From the NCBI GenBank assembly GCA_038087875.1, contig CM075980.1:868001-932000 (forward strand): DNA of 64,000 bases. Direction: 5' to 3'. A program made the translations under genes and the position numbers. Source of the DNA: Malacoraja senta. Its lineage: Eukaryota. Below, piece after piece: positions 61,802 to 64,000 of this stretch (position 1 is the stretch's first letter; each line of letters opens with the position of its first letter). The notes under the pieces are model-generated. The model searched no databases. It saw nothing but the letters and a program-made list of their open reading frames with translations, and was not told where the DNA came from.

Positions 61802-62430
61802 CCGTATTTCCCGGCAATGAAGACGCACCTGCGTCGAAGGCGTACCTGCCCCATTTTGAGTTGCTAAATTTTGAAAGAAGGCTGGCGCGACACAGAATAT
61901 CTCACGCTCAAAAAAATAAAAAATAAAAATAAAGAAAATAACAATTCAATTTGCCCAAGGCTTCCAAATCTCCTTCATTCTGAATTACTGAATGGGTGGG
62001 GGGTGGAGGATGACGGCAGGTGGAGAGATCGTGGGAAAAACGGGAGCACGCCGGGACGAGTTAAATCAGTTGTGATCTTATTGAATGACAATACTAGTTC
62101 AAGGGACCAATTGGGGGGAGAGTTCCTTTCACAGCATGTGGGGAGTCTGGCCAGGGGTAAAGTTGCGGGGAGGGCAGGAGCATTGAGAAGGAGGGGTTCG
62201 GGGATCATGCCAGTAACTCGCTTATTCACCGCTGCTACGACGCTCCGGGCGCGGAGCCACCGCATTGTGGCCGGGGAGGGAAGTAGCTCGTTCTTGATGT
62301 TACTGCATTGAGGGATAGCCAAGTCTATCTTTCTTGGCTAACAGCCTAACCTTCGGCGTCCAAAATGCAGGTAAATTTTCGTGCCTTATTTTTGAGTAAA
62401 AAATAGTGTATTCATGGCCGGGAAATACGG
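61802..62430. mobile_element. Tc1/mariner Tc2-like non-autonomous element nested in the hAT element
   Basis: TIRs ccgtatttcccggc(aatgaagacgcac) / (gtgtattcatg)gccgggaaatacgg; flanks CA / TA (TA TSD with one change). Confidence 0.8.
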
Positions 62431-62566
62431 TATTTAAAAACATATAGCACAGCGAAATTTACGTACCACATTATATGTACATGAACTCCATTCGTCTCTC
62501 TTTGTTTCTTAAGATACTCTTAAGATAATGGCAATCCATGTTTGAAAAACCCGCCAAGAAACTTGC

Positions 62567-62625
62567 GCTGCACATGCTCAGTAAGCTGCTGCGCATGCTC
62601 AGTAAGCTGCTGCGCATGCTCAGTA
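62567..62625. repeat. 21-bp tandem repeat (2.8 copies) inside the hAT element
   Basis: Units gctgc(a/g)catgctcagtaagct at 62567, 62588 and 62609. Confidence 0.9.
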
Positions 62626-62989
62626 CACAGTCCATGGTGCAAAGGCAGAATTTCAGCTCCCCTTGTCCGTGAAGGTTTGAAGTCGCGTCGACGGCACCCG
62701 AGCTGCACACACTTTCGTGTGTTACAAGTACTGTGGATGAAAGGCACGGAGAATTATGCCTAAAGAGATCGATCTCTTAGGTAAGCATAATTCTCCCGTG
62801 CCTTTACTATTTATATTTAATAATTACCATTTTATAATTTTAGTCAGGATAGGCAGTGCCTACCTTGCCTGCCCTGACGGTACGTGCCTGCCTCAGAGGG
62901 TCTTGGGTCAGGTTCAGGATGCAAAATATTTTTCCATGGAGGAAACTGATAACAAGGGGCTACACTGTTGGGATAGCAAGAGGTAATGG

Positions 62990-63560
62990 CAAAATATAGC
63001 AAAGTAAATCAGAACCTTTTGGTTAAAGTTCCTTGAGGGAGAGAAGACAAGAATTGTTACAGGCCCACATTCTGCAAAACAAGCCACCACCATCACCCTT
63101 GGCTTCTGCCACAAGCCAATTTTGCACCTATTTGGTGAGCTCACCCTCGATCCGATGTGTTCTTGTGGATCAGCCAACCATGCAAATCCTTGCCAAAGGC
63201 CTTGCTAAAGCCATGTAGACAATGTCTGATGCTCCAACCTCCCCCCCTGGCCCTCCCCTCCCTTCTACTTTATAAAGTAATTCCTTGAAGTATATCAATA
63301 TTTTCAGGGAATTCATCACGCCAACGTTTTTAAACCAATGATTTAGACATAATTGAGTCCCAGCTATTTTCAGCACCTGCTGCTGCGATGTTAACATATT
63401 CGATTGCTGACGGTGTAACTGCATGCTCATCTTGGTGTAGCTCCAATGTTAACTGACCCAGTTCCAGAAAACTGCAGAACATTTCTCGCACCTCTTCACC
63501 TTGACACCCACATCCCTATCAACATGTGTAAACTTCATCTAAACATTTAAAATAATATTT
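62990..63560 (-). mobile_element. Old CR1 RT remnant
   Basis: aaaggccttgctaaagccatgtagacaatgtc on the minus strand corresponds to D.VYM.FSKAF; KPRVMV..CF..C.PVT follows. Confidence 0.6.
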
Positions 63561-64000
63561 AGTGTTTTCACCCTTCAAGAGACTTTGCACTGTCTCCAAT
63601 AAGTCAGAATTTAGCTGCAGAATTCTCATTTAAACAAAATAGTTGATAGTTGTGTCAAACAGAAATGAGACAATTTAGACTTTAGGTCTGTGCAGTTGGA
63701 AATGTACCCTAATTTGATATTCAAAACTGACATCTAAAGAACACCTTTGCCTGCCTAGGTTTGTGCCTTAGGGAGGAATAACGAGACGTTGTAGTCAAAG
63801 TCTTATGATGCAGCATTGCTGTTGGATGTAGAAATGTCAGAAGAAGACGGTATGGATCGGGGAAATAGTGGAAGAGTGCAATGTGTATTGATGGGTTTCA
63901 ATGCTGTCAGTTTCCAGGGACGTGTGAAAGGGGTAAATCAGTAACGTTACTGAGTCGTCATTGTAAAACTTTTTTTTAAAGGTAATTCATGTTTGGATCC

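Larger units (their letters stand above)
61653..62890. mobile_element. Non-autonomous hAT element
   Basis: TIRs CAGGCATGTGCCGTGAG vs reverse complement CAGGCACGTACCGTCAG (14/17); 8-bp TSD CCTCAAAG / CCTCAGAG. Confidence 0.75.

Noticed and set aside
62567-62625. Repeat array as CRISPR-like
   Set aside because: Head-to-tail tandem with no unique spacers, inside a eukaryotic transposon; no cas genes.

Overview
Eukaryotic, AT-rich, repeat-dense vertebrate DNA. The repeat mix (HE1-type V-SINEs, CR1 LINEs, one very abundant Penelope terminal repeat) suggests a cartilaginous fish, most likely a skate or ray; this is inference. I can support no intact host protein-coding exon. The long ORFs I can assign are decayed reverse transcriptases (CR1, L2, Rex1/Babar); off-track I also read Penelope GIY-YIG and a cryptic Ty3/Gypsy fossil. 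The window appears to hold the 5' end of a large, unidentified + strand gene: a CpG-rich promoter/non-coding first exon (~9.33-9.64 kb), a 49-nt internal exon at 38739-38787, and very long introns with TE-poor, enhancer-like blocks. The most striking recurrent structure is a Penelope-like element (PLE) terminal repeat present in more than a dozen copies. It carries a minimal hammerhead-ribozyme core (CTGAAGA - stem II - GAAAC-GT[C/T]), is often inserted as a fold-back with 11-15 bp target duplications, has 5' boundaries clustered at the ribozyme core, and twice shows a triplicated target. Also present are PIF/Harbinger, hAT and Tc2-like non-autonomous transposons (some nested), a young teleost-like L2 family and probable AmnSINE2-like relics. 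TE family names come from recalled consensus motifs, not database searches.
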